Assembly (NCBI GenBank): GCA_050331235.1
Contig: JBHJHA010000006.1
Coordinates: forward strand, 1-53,878
Length of the DNA: 53,878 nucleotides
Source: Leptolyngbyaceae cyanobacterium
Lineage (GTDB): Bacteria; Cyanobacteriota; Cyanobacteriia; Phormidesmidales; Phormidesmidaceae
Reading direction: 5' to 3'
This document shows, piece after piece, positions 9,466 to 20,196 of this stretch. The notes under the pieces were generated by a model. The model was not told where the DNA came from. It did not search any database and was given only the letters and a program-made list of their open reading frames with translations. Made by a program: the position numbers and the translations under genes. Within the stretch, counting starts at the first letter, position 1. Each line of letters opens with the position of its first letter.

Positions 9466-11232
9466 TTAGTTGGTGGTGATTTGCTCCATGGTGCTGGGGC
9501 CTGACTCAGATGTCTCTGCTGGGACATCCGGCAGGCTGTCTTGATCGTCAGCGGGGGCAGCTGAAGGTTCCCCAGCTTCGATATCTGGCAATAACTCAGC
9601 ATCCACCGCATTCGATGGAGCGATGGTTTCTAGCTCCCCTTCGACCTCTGCATTGGCGTCAGGTTCCCGTTCACCTCCGCGGGTATTCGCAATCCCGACC
9701 GTGGACAGGGTCAACACTTGGGGGGGCGTTGCGTCAGGGGGATAGACCAACTCCACAACGACGTGACGCTTCGCCTCCGGCGGCAGCGTCAAGCGTAAAA
9801 TCGGCTCCCCCTCTTCCCCTTGGCGCTGCACCACATGGACATACTGGGTCTGTGGGCGATCGTCAGCATCACGGTACTCAACTCGGACAGTTCCCCGGAA
9901 AAAGATCCGGTCAACGGGATTGCGCAAAAATCGGAGCCCGTAGGTGAGGGTTTCATCCTGCAGGGGGGTCTGCAGCCGGAGGTCAATCCGTTGTGGTCGG
10001 TCAGTATCGTTGTAGAGTGGTAGCTCTAATTTGTAGTGAATTCCATAGTTGCCGTGAGCTCGATAGGCGGTATCTGGGTAGCGAGCCAACATCGGCGCAC
10101 TTTGAATCTGCTCCGTGCCAAAGGTGTTGTAGTCAACCGTACTAATGACATAGGAGATCGCCTCTCCTGGATCAGGAATCGTCAGCTGTGTTGCGCTATC
10201 GCTGTCTACAGCACTGGCCTCCCACCGCGACCCTTGGGCAACCCCGGCAACCCGACCATAAAAAAAACGCCCTTCACTGTTGCTTTTAGCATACTCTTCC
10301 GGATTGGTTGGGGCAATGTCTCGGGGACCCGCCAGATCGCCATTGACCAATAGTCTGAGCCACTCTTGCAGGGTTGGCGCACGCTCCTGACCCGCTTGGG
10401 TACGGGGGGCATACATCGCTAAGGTCGCTGCGTAGATCGGTCCATCGCTCGTGAGGTGCAGTAAGAGCGATCGCCCATTGATCGGCAAAGGGCGATCGCC
10501 GCCCCGGGGGATGACCGAAGCTACCGGGGCACTGTCATATCGGTTGTTCGGCGCTCCCGGCAAGACCGAGCCTGGGGGCAACGTCGCATCTGCAGCAAAC
10601 GGTAAACGCCGCAGGGGAATCGGAGCATTGATCAACAAATAAGCCCGCTCTGGGGGAATGACAATTTGCCGCGGCCATTGGGATTGGCGACGGCGCTGCA
10701 AAATATCGGTAACGGTACGGCTGCCAGGGCCAGCAAAGACCTTACCGTCAGGATTGAGACGGAGCGCAGGCAACTGATTAAACGGGGCTTCTTGGCTGAG
10801 ATAGCTCACGCCTTGATCAATTTCCACCGTCACGGGCTCAGCATTGGGATTATAGATAACGCCACCCACAAAAAGCGTCCGGCGATCATCGGCGGTTACG
10901 CCCCGGGCTACGTGGTGGGCAAAAAAATCGAACCGGCCCTCAAACGCATAGTCGAGGTGGGCTGAGCCTTGGGCCATCTGCTCTGGCGGGAAGGTCGACA
11001 GTAAGATGCCCTCTTGCTGAATCAGTTCTGGACTGTTGCTATTGAAGACAGGAACTTGATCGAGCTGCCCTGGCAAAGGGCGAACGTCGTGATAGAGGGT
11101 GAACTCATTGGGGATTTTTGGAAGGGCTTGTCCTTCGATCGCGGGAACTGCAGCAATCAGCGGTGAAATCTGAGGCGGCGGCGCGATCGCAACAGCTTGA
11201 GCCAACGGAAGCCAGGCAAGTGCAGTTAACAT
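9466..11232 (-). CDS. DUF3370-family cyanobacterial protein
   Basis: VRPLPGQLDQVPVFNSNSPE...EGILLSTFP, HGNYG and YPPDATPPQVLT motifs; signal-like N-terminus from ATG 11232; acidic tail. Confidence 0.75.
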   Translation of the reverse strand: MLTALAWLPLAQAVAIAPPPQISPLIAAVPAIEGQALPKIPNEFTLYHDVRPLPGQLDQVPVFNSNSPELIQQEGILLSTFPPEQMAQGSAHLDYAFEGRFDFFAHHVARGVTADDRRTLFVGGVIYNPNAEPVTVEIDQGVSYLSQEAPFNQLPALRLNPDGKVFAGPGSRTVTDILQRRRQSQWPRQIVIPPERAYLLINAPIPLRRLPFAADATLPPGSVLPGAPNNRYDSAPVASVIPRGGDRPLPINGRSLLLHLTSDGPIYAATLAMYAPRTQAGQERAPTLQEWLRLLVNGDLAGPRDIAPTNPEEYAKSNSEGRFFYGRVAGVAQGSRWEASAVDSDSATQLTIPDPGEAISYVISTVDYNTFGTEQIQSAPMLARYPDTAYRAHGNYGIHYKLELPLYNDTDRPQRIDLRLQTPLQDETLTYGLRFLRNPVDRIFFRGTVRVEYRDADDRPQTQYVHVVQRQGEEGEPILRLTLPPEAKRHVVVELVYPPDATPPQVLTLSTVGIANTRGGEREPDANAEVEGELETIAPSNAVDAELLPDIEAGEPSAAPADDQDSLPDVPAETSESGPSTMEQITTN

Positions 11233-11844
11233 AGGCCAATCGTAACGGGACACAAAAACACGCGATGTGCTATTTGCGAGGGCAAGAGAAGATAGGAACC
11301 TGAGCGCTCGATAGTTGATTGCTCGCAAAGACAGAAAATATCCGTGACCCATCAGGTCATGGGGCAACGAATGCCAATGTGTAAAAAAGACTCAATTTCA
11401 GGAAGTACGGTTTCAGAATGCCCTTAATCCTTTCCTAACTAGTGCCGAATATCAAAATATCATCCCGCCAGCCTTGAATCTTAAGTATTTTGGAATAATC
11501 TGTCGCAAATGCCCTATCAGCGCTGCCTATCGGCGATTGGCGATATCTCTAACACAGAAGCCTGGACCGGTATTGGGCGGCTGGCAGTCGGGTCTTTACG
11601 ATCCTTGATGGCGGCCCGCCGATTCAATAAAGGACATCTTGAATCCAGCTCCCGATACCTTGAACCGGCCCCCACCTTACGACTGACATCAGATCAATTC
11701 GCATGCGGCTAAATCGCAGCAGTGGGTGAGCATCGGGATCAGGCATAGTGCTTCCCTAGAGCTACCTCGTCGGCCTAGTTGTCATCTCCCTACGAGGCGG
11801 CAGGTAAGTTGACGTATGGTGAATCGGAGAGGCTTCCCGGTGAC

Positions 11845-12597
11845 ATGAATCTGACTGCTCCCCCGTCATTAGCCTGGCCCGACCCAGGTGAGGTCCATAT
11901 TTGGCAGCTACCCTGTGCAGCCGCACAAGCTGCCAAACCGCTGTGGCAATCTTGGCTCAACCCAACGGAACAGGCCCAAGTAGAGCGCTATCGCCGGGCG
12001 CCCGATCGCGATCGGGCCATCCTGAGTCGGGGAGGGCTGCGCTACCTGCTGGCCAGCTACCTCAATGAGCCCCCCCACGAGCTTCAGCTAGCCACTCAGT
12101 GCCACGGCAAGCCTTACCTGGTCAGTAATGCTGACGCGATTCAGTTCAACGTCGCCCACAGCGGCACATGGGTAGTGTATGGATTTACTCGCCAAGCTCA
12201 GATTGGCGTCGACGTGGAAACGGTATGTCCGAGACCGCGCCAATCTAGCTTGATCTAAAAATGCCTCACCCCCAGCGAACAAGAAACCCTGACTGGTAGC
12301 GAGGCCATGCAGCTACAGGGCTTTTTGCAATACTGGACCTTGAAAGAAGCCCATCTAAAGGCAACGGGCTGGGGCTTAGGGTATCCCCCGCAAGCAATCG
12401 AAGTCGCCTTACAGCCATGCCCTCGTGTGCTGTGTCCGGCCCCAACTGATAACCCCGCAGCCCAAACTTGGTGGGTGCAGCTCTGGCAGCCTGAGCCGAC
12501 AACTATCGCCGCAGTATGCTGCAGCGGCGCCCAGCATCATCTAAAAATTCGTTCTTTAAACAACTCTGGGCAATCCGCTAAGCAAGACCTTACTTAA
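11845..12597 (+). pseudogene. Sfp/HetI-type 4'-phosphopantetheinyl transferase interrupted by an in-frame TAA (12256-12258)
   Basis: HGKP, FNVAHSG and IGVDVE lie before the stop and WTLKEA after it, in the same frame (...SSLI*KCLTPSEQ...MQLQGFLQYWTLKEA). Confidence 0.8.
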
Positions 12598-12677
12598 ACG
12601 GCCGGTAAGGGAAGGCAACTTCATCAACAGTACTAAGACATAAGACATCGCTAAGCTGCCCCCAGTGAGCCACAGGA

Positions 12678-13829
12678 TTAGTCCATGAGCACTTCGACTC
12701 GGACTGGACCAACGCCAGCGAGGTGTAAACCAATTTCCCGAGCAGCGGCAGCAGATAGATCAATCACGCGCCCGTGGGAAAAGGGCCCCCGGTCGTTGAT
12801 TCGGACAATTACCTCACGGTTGTTATTGGCATTAATCACCCGCACTCGAGTGCCAAACGGCAAGGTTCTGTGGGCTGCGGTCAAAGCATTTTGGTTGAAC
12901 CGCTCGCCGCTCGCAGTTTGCCGACCATGGAAACCAGGACCATACCAGGACGCTTGACCGGAAAAGGTCGACGCGACCCCCCAATTAGCGACTGCAACGG
13001 TAGCTTCGGGCTCGGGCTCGGGTTCCCCTTCCACTTCCGTCAGGGCCTCGGCCCCCCCCAGCAAACTCCGCAAACGATTAGTCGCGTGCAAGGCATCGGT
13101 GCCATGCTGGCCGGTAGTGTTGAAGTAGTAGGTAGCGTTGTTGACGAAAACCAAAGGCTCATCAGCTAACAGCACGACGTACTCTTCGAGGTCCTCGTCC
13201 CAGCGGACGGCAATATCAGCAGGATTGCCTTCAGCTTGATAAAACGCATCAATCTGTCGCGCTACGGCCTCAGCGCGATGGGTCGGATGAGCAGCCTCAC
13301 CTAGATCGGTGGTCGCCTTGGACAAATCAGCGGAGTCGGGTTCAGCCGGAGCGACAAAGGTAAAAACGGGCAGGTAATCAATGTATAGAATGGCCGTATC
13401 GCGCCCTTCCATAACGTGATCGGTGATGCGAAATAGATCAGACAGCTCGGCGGAGTCGGCGGACAGGCGAGCGGTGGTGCGATCTCGGGGAACTTCCTCG
13501 GTGGCAGGAGTGTCTAGAGCCTCGGTGACCGCTTCAGCCTCCATCTGCATAGCAGCGGTGTTGTCTGCCGCCGTCGGGTCTGAGTTTCCTGTCTCGGTTG
13601 GTGCCGCAGGCGTCGCCCATTTACTGAGATCAGCGCCATCGCTGGTTGAGGTAGCCGCGGTATCGGTCTCTACAATGCTGTCCTCAAGCAGCTCTGCTGA
13701 GTTGGTCGACGTTTCCTGTAAATTCGCATGAGCACTGCCCTCGAGCTGCTCAGCACTTGCTGCCAAAGGCATACCAGCGGCACACATAAGAGCAGCCGTC
13801 GTAAAGCTACGACAAAAGTTCTGAATCAT
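12678..13829 (-). CDS. rlpA: Septal ring lytic transglycosylase RlpA-family protein
   Basis: C-terminal DPBB domain [21 protein letters not shown]...[11 protein letters not shown]...VRINDRGPF...IDLS; signal peptide and acidic linker. Confidence 0.9.
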   Translation of the reverse strand: MIQNFCRSFTTAALMCAAGMPLAASAEQLEGSAHANLQETSTNSAELLEDSIVETDTAATSTSDGADLSKWATPAAPTETGNSDPTAADNTAAMQMEAEAVTEALDTPATEEVPRDRTTARLSADSAELSDLFRITDHVMEGRDTAILYIDYLPVFTFVAPAEPDSADLSKATTDLGEAAHPTHRAEAVARQIDAFYQAEGNPADIAVRWDEDLEEYVVLLADEPLVFVNNATYYFNTTGQHGTDALHATNRLRSLLGGAEALTEVEGEPEPEPEATVAVANWGVASTFSGQASWYGPGFHGRQTASGERFNQNALTAAHRTLPFGTRVRVINANNNREVIVRINDRGPFSHGRVIDLSAAAAREIGLHLAGVGPVRVEVLMD

Positions 13830-14423
13830 ATTTGTTCACGAGAACTCAACATAGCAGGGTAAGTGACAGCAGCCAGACAATGACTTGCTGGAGCTAGGGC
13901 GTTGCGAGGTTCCCTAATTGAACCGGTCGCCCCAGCGACTATCACACCCGCTTCGACATGACCCTCAAGGGGTTTCTTTTGAACGACCCGTACGTTAGCA
14001 CGAAGATTTTGATTGGCAATCCGCAGAGAAGCGATCGCAATTTCCAAAAATCCAAATTGTCAACTTTCCCAAACTTTCTGGAAAACCACACGATCCCGAT
14101 GAAGTGGTTGGTTTAGGTTTTATTGTCGACTGTGCAGCGGTCAATAAAACTTATCGATAGAGAATCCAGTGTTTTGGAAATGCAATCCTTTTACTCAGCG
14201 GTTCTCTTCAAGAAACAGCGATCGTTGTCGGAATTTATGCAAATAGTTGAGTTGCCAGTTGTAAGGACAAACTCCTCTGAGTTCAGCCGTTTTATAAGTT
14301 TCGATTATCTCAAAAATCTTTTTTATTTATCAAAAGCCGGCGTTTGCCAATAAGTCAGACAATGGTGAGAATCAGTCTTTGAGTGATGGCAAAAAGGCTG
14401 TTTTCTAATTTAAGGAATAAAGC

Positions 14424-15476
14424 ATGGATTATCGCGAGGCCGGGGTTGATGTTGCCGCAGGCAGAGCATTTGTTGAACGCATTCAACAAATGGTCAGCAG
14501 TACCCATCGACCTGGAGTGCTCGGAGGCTTAGGGGGGTTTGGCGGTTTGTTTGAACTGCCGGTGGGATATCAACAGCCGGTGCTAGTTTCGGGCACTGAT
14601 GGGGTCGGAACCAAACTCAAGATCGCTCATACCCTCAATCGTCATCGGACAGTCGGGGTTGATCTGGTCGCAATGTGTGTCAATGATGTACTCACCAGCG
14701 GTGCGGAGCCGCTATTCTTTTTAGATTATTTAGCGACTGGCAAGCTCAATACCGAGCAACTAGCCGCTGTTGTTGCAGGCATTGCCACGGGATGTCGCCA
14801 GGCTGGTTGTGCCTTAGTGGGGGGAGAGACTGCAGAGATGCCGGGTTTCTATGGGCCTGGAGAATATGACCTCGCTGGATTTTGTGTCGGCATTGTCGAA
14901 AAGGCTGATATTTTAGACGGTTCGCAAGTAACGGCTGGGGATGTTGCCATTGGGTTAGCCAGCAGCGGTATCCATAGTAATGGCTACAGCCTGGTGCGCA
15001 AGATCATGGCTGAGGCTCCCCGTAACGATGGCACAGCGGGTTATGACTGGCAGGACTGTCCCAAGGAACTAGGCGGGCAAACGTTAGCAGATAGTTTATT
15101 GACCCCGACTCAGCTCTACGTCAAGCCAGTTTTGGCAGCTCCAGCAGCTGGGCTCACCATTCACGGCATGGCCCATATTACCGGCGGTGGGTTACCGGAG
15201 AATTTACCTCGCTGCTTGGGCGATCGCCACACTTTACAGTTACAGACTGACAGTTGGCCAATCTTGCCCATTTTTGACTGGTTGGCCGCGGCTGGCCAGG
15301 TAGCTCCTGCGGCCATGTTCAACACGTTCAATATGGGTATCGGCTATGTGGTAATTGTGCCAGCAGATCAAGCTGCCCCAGCGATCGCCCATTTCCAGAC
15401 AGAGGGGGTGGCCGCTTACCAGATTGGTGCAATCATCCCCGGCGACGGCAGCCTAGTGGGGATACCGGGACTTTAG
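14424..15476 (+). CDS. purM: Phosphoribosylformylglycinamidine cyclo-ligase (AIR synthetase)
   Basis: [51 protein letters not shown]. Confidence 0.97.
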   Translation: MDYREAGVDVAAGRAFVERIQQMVSSTHRPGVLGGLGGFGGLFELPVGYQQPVLVSGTDGVGTKLKIAHTLNRHRTVGVDLVAMCVNDVLTSGAEPLFFLDYLATGKLNTEQLAAVVAGIATGCRQAGCALVGGETAEMPGFYGPGEYDLAGFCVGIVEKADILDGSQVTAGDVAIGLASSGIHSNGYSLVRKIMAEAPRNDGTAGYDWQDCPKELGGQTLADSLLTPTQLYVKPVLAAPAAGLTIHGMAHITGGGLPENLPRCLGDRHTLQLQTDSWPILPIFDWLAAAGQVAPAAMFNTFNMGIGYVVIVPADQAAPAIAHFQTEGVAAYQIGAIIPGDGSLVGIPGL

Positions 15477-16204
15477 GGCGTGGCGACAGCCCCTGACAAC
15501 AAAACGACTTCGCTGCTATCAACAATAAATGCTCCAAATCGACTATTGCTGAGGGTTTGGAGCATTTGTGCTGCCGCTTGGGGGTCAGGACTCTGAGCAG
15601 CCAGTAGGAAAGGTCGCTCTTCGTACACAGCTAGTCCGATGGGCTGATTCAGCGCCTGCTGGAGCTGTTTGGCAATCTCCGGGTTATTGCCATAATCAAC
15701 CAAAACGGCATACCCTTCGCCTAAGAGTTCGGGACCATAGGCAACCTCAACCTGGGGTGCAGGGTCGGTGGTGGTCGGATCAGTTTCGATGGGGGTCTCA
15801 GGCACGGCCTCTGGGGTCGGCGCGGGTAAGGGCTCTACAGGTTCTGCGGCGATGGTCTCAGCCGTAGCGACCTCGCCTGGGGCAGCCGGTCGGGCCACAA
15901 AGGCTTGGACACTTTCTACTTCAGTGAGATATTGGGCCCAGGCATTGGCGTTTTCTAAGCTTGTGAAGCCGCCAGCACGGACTACCACATCATCTAAATA
16001 GCGGCAAACGCTGACCACGGTTGTCGTTGGGAGCAGGTTTTGAATGCGATCGCGGGCTTCCACGGTCTCGCCCTGCACCAGCAAAATGTATTCATTGGCG
16101 TTGGGCGGCGCACAAGGGGGAAACTCATCCGCCCAAGCTCGCGGTGCCGCTGAGCTGCCAACCAGCACCAATAAAGCCAGTCCCCACCGTTGAAGTGTTT
16201 TCAT
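15473..16204 (-). CDS. Hypothetical exported protein
   Basis: Signal peptide ([15 protein letters not shown]...AWA), Cys pair, Pro/Glu-rich linker; start placed at ATG 16204. Confidence 0.65.
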   Translation of the reverse strand: MKTLQRWGLALLVLVGSSAAPRAWADEFPPCAPPNANEYILLVQGETVEARDRIQNLLPTTTVVSVCRYLDDVVVRAGGFTSLENANAWAQYLTEVESVQAFVARPAAPGEVATAETIAAEPVEPLPAPTPEAVPETPIETDPTTTDPAPQVEVAYGPELLGEGYAVLVDYGNNPEIAKQLQQALNQPIGLAVYEERPFLLAAQSPDPQAAAQMLQTLSNSRFGAFIVDSSEVVLLSGAVATP

Positions 16205-16403
16205 GCTAGGTATTGTCTCACCGCAGCGAACAGCAAATCGCATATCATCCAATCTAGCTCCCTATATTGACACATCCTTTCGGGATTACCACCCTCTGTA
16301 GAGGCTTTGTAACGCTAACTTCCAGCCAATACGCTAAATCAGGGGGCCCCAGAGCCCAGCCGGCAGCCCCAAGTTCACCCAGAACCATAGCCCAAAGACG
16401 CTA

Positions 16404-17552
16404 CTAACCATCCACCACTACCGGGCTAGGAGACGGCTGGTTCAGGGGTTTTGTTTCTGAAGCAGCCCGCCTTGGCGCCCCACGCCGTTCGGCCATCAGC
16501 TTGGGCCGGAGATAGAGATTTTCTAAGAGCACGGCGGCCCCAGCGATCCATGGCGGAACAATCAACGCGCCGATGATCCCTAACACCTGGGTGCCCCCCA
16601 ATACGGCCAACAGCTGATAAAGCGGGTGCACGCCCACGGAGGTACCGACCAATAGCGGATCTAAAATATACGTTTCTAAATTTTGAATGACGACATACAA
16701 AATTAAGACCCACAACACCATCCAGCCACCCTGGGAAATCGCGACGACCAAGGCTGGAATTGCACCCAAGATGGGGCCTAAAAACGGAATGAGATTGGTA
16801 AATCCGGAGATGGCACCCAGGCCCAAGGCAAAGTCTGATAAGCCTAAAATGCTTAGGCTCACAGTGGTCGCTAGGGCCAGCATCGTAGAGACCAAAAGGC
16901 GGCCTCGAATATAGCTGCCCATCCGATTGCTAATCGGGCCAACTTGAGCCGCCATGCGATCATCCCAAGGCTGCGGCAGCAGACGCACGAAATTTTTTAC
17001 TAGGGTGCGGCTATCGGCCAGCATGTAGCCGGATAAAAACAATGCCAAGATGACGCTAAAAAAGCCGCCTAAGATGCCGGTAGTCAACCCATAGGACCGC
17101 ACTAGCAGTTGCTGGCTGGACCGAATCACCCAGCGAGTGAGACCTTGAATATCGATAAATTGATCAACCAGTTCGCTGGCAAAGTCAGGGCGTTCATCGT
17201 TGAAGGACATCACCCATGACTCAGCGTAGTCGAGCACTTGACGTAAGGAAACGGGAATCTGGCGAATCAGCCGTTGAATTTGCTCTACAACGGTAGGGCC
17301 CACCCACAGAGCCACTCCGGTAATGAAAGCTGCGATCGCGAGATATGTCAGCACCACGCCCAACCAGCGAGGCACTCGTAAGCGCTCTGCCCAATCCACC
17401 ACGGGAGCGATCGAAGCGGCTAGGACAATGGCAATCATCACAAGTAAAAACAAACTTCGCAATTGCCAGAGCAGCGCCAAAGTCGGCACGGCCAGCACCA
17501 GCAGCGCGAGGCTGCTGAGGGAAAAAGAGATGCGCTGTTCGGTATGAGCCAT
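16404..17552 (-). CDS. AI-2E family (PerM/UPF0118) transporter
   Basis: Multi-TM; LIPFLGPILGAIP, QNLETYILDP, GVHP and GIIGALIVPP motifs. Confidence 0.9.
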   Translation of the reverse strand: MAHTEQRISFSLSSLALLVLAVPTLALLWQLRSLFLLVMIAIVLAASIAPVVDWAERLRVPRWLGVVLTYLAIAAFITGVALWVGPTVVEQIQRLIRQIPVSLRQVLDYAESWVMSFNDERPDFASELVDQFIDIQGLTRWVIRSSQQLLVRSYGLTTGILGGFFSVILALFLSGYMLADSRTLVKNFVRLLPQPWDDRMAAQVGPISNRMGSYIRGRLLVSTMLALATTVSLSILGLSDFALGLGAISGFTNLIPFLGPILGAIPALVVAISQGGWMVLWVLILYVVIQNLETYILDPLLVGTSVGVHPLYQLLAVLGGTQVLGIIGALIVPPWIAGAAVLLENLYLRPKLMAERRGAPRRAASETKPLNQPSPSPVVVDG

Positions 17553-17992
17553 TACAGGTGGCCTATTGCCAAGCTAGGTCTGTCATCTTTAGATCTATAA
17601 CAGATATCTCAGTTCAAGGAGTCGACTGCACTACAAGGCCGTGGCAAAGGGGCAAGGGTCACGGACTAACTCCGGCTCAACATGGATGGATGACTGACGG
17701 GCTGATATCGCTGCCACCTTCGAGGCTATGTTCCAAAAAAGACTGAAGCGGTCTCATGTCTGGTCAAGCTGCATGTGAGAATGAACTGACCCAGTCGTTG
17801 ATTACGGGTGTCCTGTTGCTAACGGCTGAGTTTTTGGAATACTGAGTTTACCTGTTGGCGAAATTACGGTCATTGCCTAGCGGTCAGGTGTTGCCATCGG
17901 CTATTAGCGATTGGGTTCTAGCACCGACCCAGAGCATGACCTAAACCGGCCAACTTTAATGACTCATTTATGGTTAGGAGAGTATAAACCGC

Positions 17993-18538
<546 letters not shown>

Positions 18539-18543
18539 AGACT

Positions 18544-18629
18544 GCGTGGTGAGTGCTGAGCGCTCACTCCACGCTGAGCAGTAGCTTAATATGAATGGAT
18601 AACCCAATCGCCTCAGCGGTGATTGGGTT
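18544..18629. terminator. Hairpins between the convergent cysC and trehalase genes (likely bidirectional terminator)
   Basis: GCGTGGTGAGTGC..GCGCTCACTCCACGC (18544-18574) and AACCCAATCGC..GTGATTGGGTT (18601-18629). Confidence 0.55.
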
Positions 18630-20188
18630 TACGCGTCTTCGGCGTACAGCGACAGCAACTCTAAGATGACGCCGTTGGTCCAGCCAAAGCCAATTTCGTT
18701 AGAGCTGTAGCCAAAATGAATTTCGTCAGAAACTTTGGCTGAGCAGCGCTCCACATCATACTTTTCAAAAATTGTGCCCGAGCGTTCAAATTCCTGAGTC
18801 ACTAAAGCGATGAATTTGTGCGCTAGGCGTTTGGCCTCTGGGTGAAAGCCATACCGCCGCAGACCGTTTACCGCAAAGTATTGCAGCGGGGCCCAGCCAA
18901 AGGGAGCATCCCACTGATTGCCAGAAGCCTGAGTGCTGGTGAGTAGGCCCCCGTCCGCCTCAAACCGGGGCAAGTTGTTAACTACCCGCTGGGCCTGTTG
19001 GGGGGAGGCAAGGCCGGCCCACAGTGGCATAAAGGTAGTGACAAACTCATAGGGGCGGCGGGCCTCAGTACAAAAGTTGTAGTCAAAATATTGCCCCGCT
19101 GCCTCATCCCACAAATATTGATCAATGCTCTGGCGGCGCTGTGCTGCTCGCTGCTGCCAAGTTTCGCTCGAGTCTGGCTGCCCAATGAGCTGATGGATTT
19201 CCGCAATGTGCTGTTCCATCTGATAGAGCAGCACGTTCAAACACACGGGTATGTAGTGGATGATGTCAGCACTGAAGGGACCAAAGCGATCGCTGATATC
19301 AAAGCCCGACTCGCGCATGGAGCGATCACCCTGGTAAAACTTTTCCGTCAGCTGGTCGGCAGCGGCATCATAAAAAATGCTCACATCGTAATCTGTAACC
19401 GTATGCTCCCGATAGTAAGCGGCCACGCGATCGTAGTGGGTACGGCCATCTTCGTCCCGTTCTGATACGACCACCTCGGGCGCTGGCCCGTGCCCTAAGG
19501 CATTGTAGTGGGAGAGGCCAGTAGCAGCGTTCAGATGGGGCGGCACCGTCCAGTAAAAATAGTATTGCTCCAGTAAAGGCAGATGCGATCGCAGCCAGTC
19601 TACGTCGGGGCGCGCACGAAACACCCGCAGCAACATCGCCGTCAGCAAAGGCGGGTGAGAGCGCCCGAGCATATAAGTCCGATTACCGTTGAGTACGGTG
19701 CCGTAATGATCGATTTCGTACAAAAACAAATCGACCATGCTGCGGGCCAGGTCATACTCTCCGTCATGAAGTAAGCCAACCACGATGAAGTAGCTATCCC
19801 AGCCGTACATCTCATTAAACCGACCACCCGGTACCACATAGTCCTGGGGGAGATAGAGCAAACCGTGCTCGGTAATTTGATCGCTCTCCGCTGGCAGCAC
19901 CCGCAGCTCGATTTGGGCCAGCTCCGCCGGGGCTAAGACCTGAGCGAGGTCAGCTTTAACCCGGTCAATGTCTTCTTTTTGCGAGATGTATACCGGCCAG
20001 GAAGTGCTCTGGGCGTGGGTGACTTTAGGATCTTTAGCTGCCGCGAGGATGTGCGATCGCGTCCGAGTCAGGGTGCTCCAGGTCTGCTTGATGTACTGGC
20101 GTAAAGCGGCCAGACGTTCAGGGGTAGGGAGAGCAATTGCGGGAGGATAGGACGATAGAGTCACAAGAATCCTTAATGCAGGTGTCAA
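18629..20188 (-). CDS. treH: Alpha,alpha-trehalase (GH37)
   Basis: VPGGRFNEMYGWDSY, RESGFD, QWDAPFGWAPLQ, FEKYD, GFGWTNG. Confidence 0.93.
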   Translation of the reverse strand: MTPALRILVTLSSYPPAIALPTPERLAALRQYIKQTWSTLTRTRSHILAAAKDPKVTHAQSTSWPVYISQKEDIDRVKADLAQVLAPAELAQIELRVLPAESDQITEHGLLYLPQDYVVPGGRFNEMYGWDSYFIVVGLLHDGEYDLARSMVDLFLYEIDHYGTVLNGNRTYMLGRSHPPLLTAMLLRVFRARPDVDWLRSHLPLLEQYYFYWTVPPHLNAATGLSHYNALGHGPAPEVVVSERDEDGRTHYDRVAAYYREHTVTDYDVSIFYDAAADQLTEKFYQGDRSMRESGFDISDRFGPFSADIIHYIPVCLNVLLYQMEQHIAEIHQLIGQPDSSETWQQRAAQRRQSIDQYLWDEAAGQYFDYNFCTEARRPYEFVTTFMPLWAGLASPQQAQRVVNNLPRFEADGGLLTSTQASGNQWDAPFGWAPLQYFAVNGLRRYGFHPEAKRLAHKFIALVTQEFERSGTIFEKYDVERCSAKVSDEIHFGYSSNEIGFGWTNGVILELLSLYAEDA

Positions 20189-20196
20189 AGAGTGGA

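Noticed and set aside
13008..13023. GGGCTC microsatellite (also near 41461)
   Set aside because: Simply encodes Glu-Pro linkers; too short to imply phase variation.
14123..14353. 76-aa ORF between rlpA and purM, and 13826-14047
   Set aside because: Lies in the divergent promoter region with non-ATG starts and no motifs; likely spurious.
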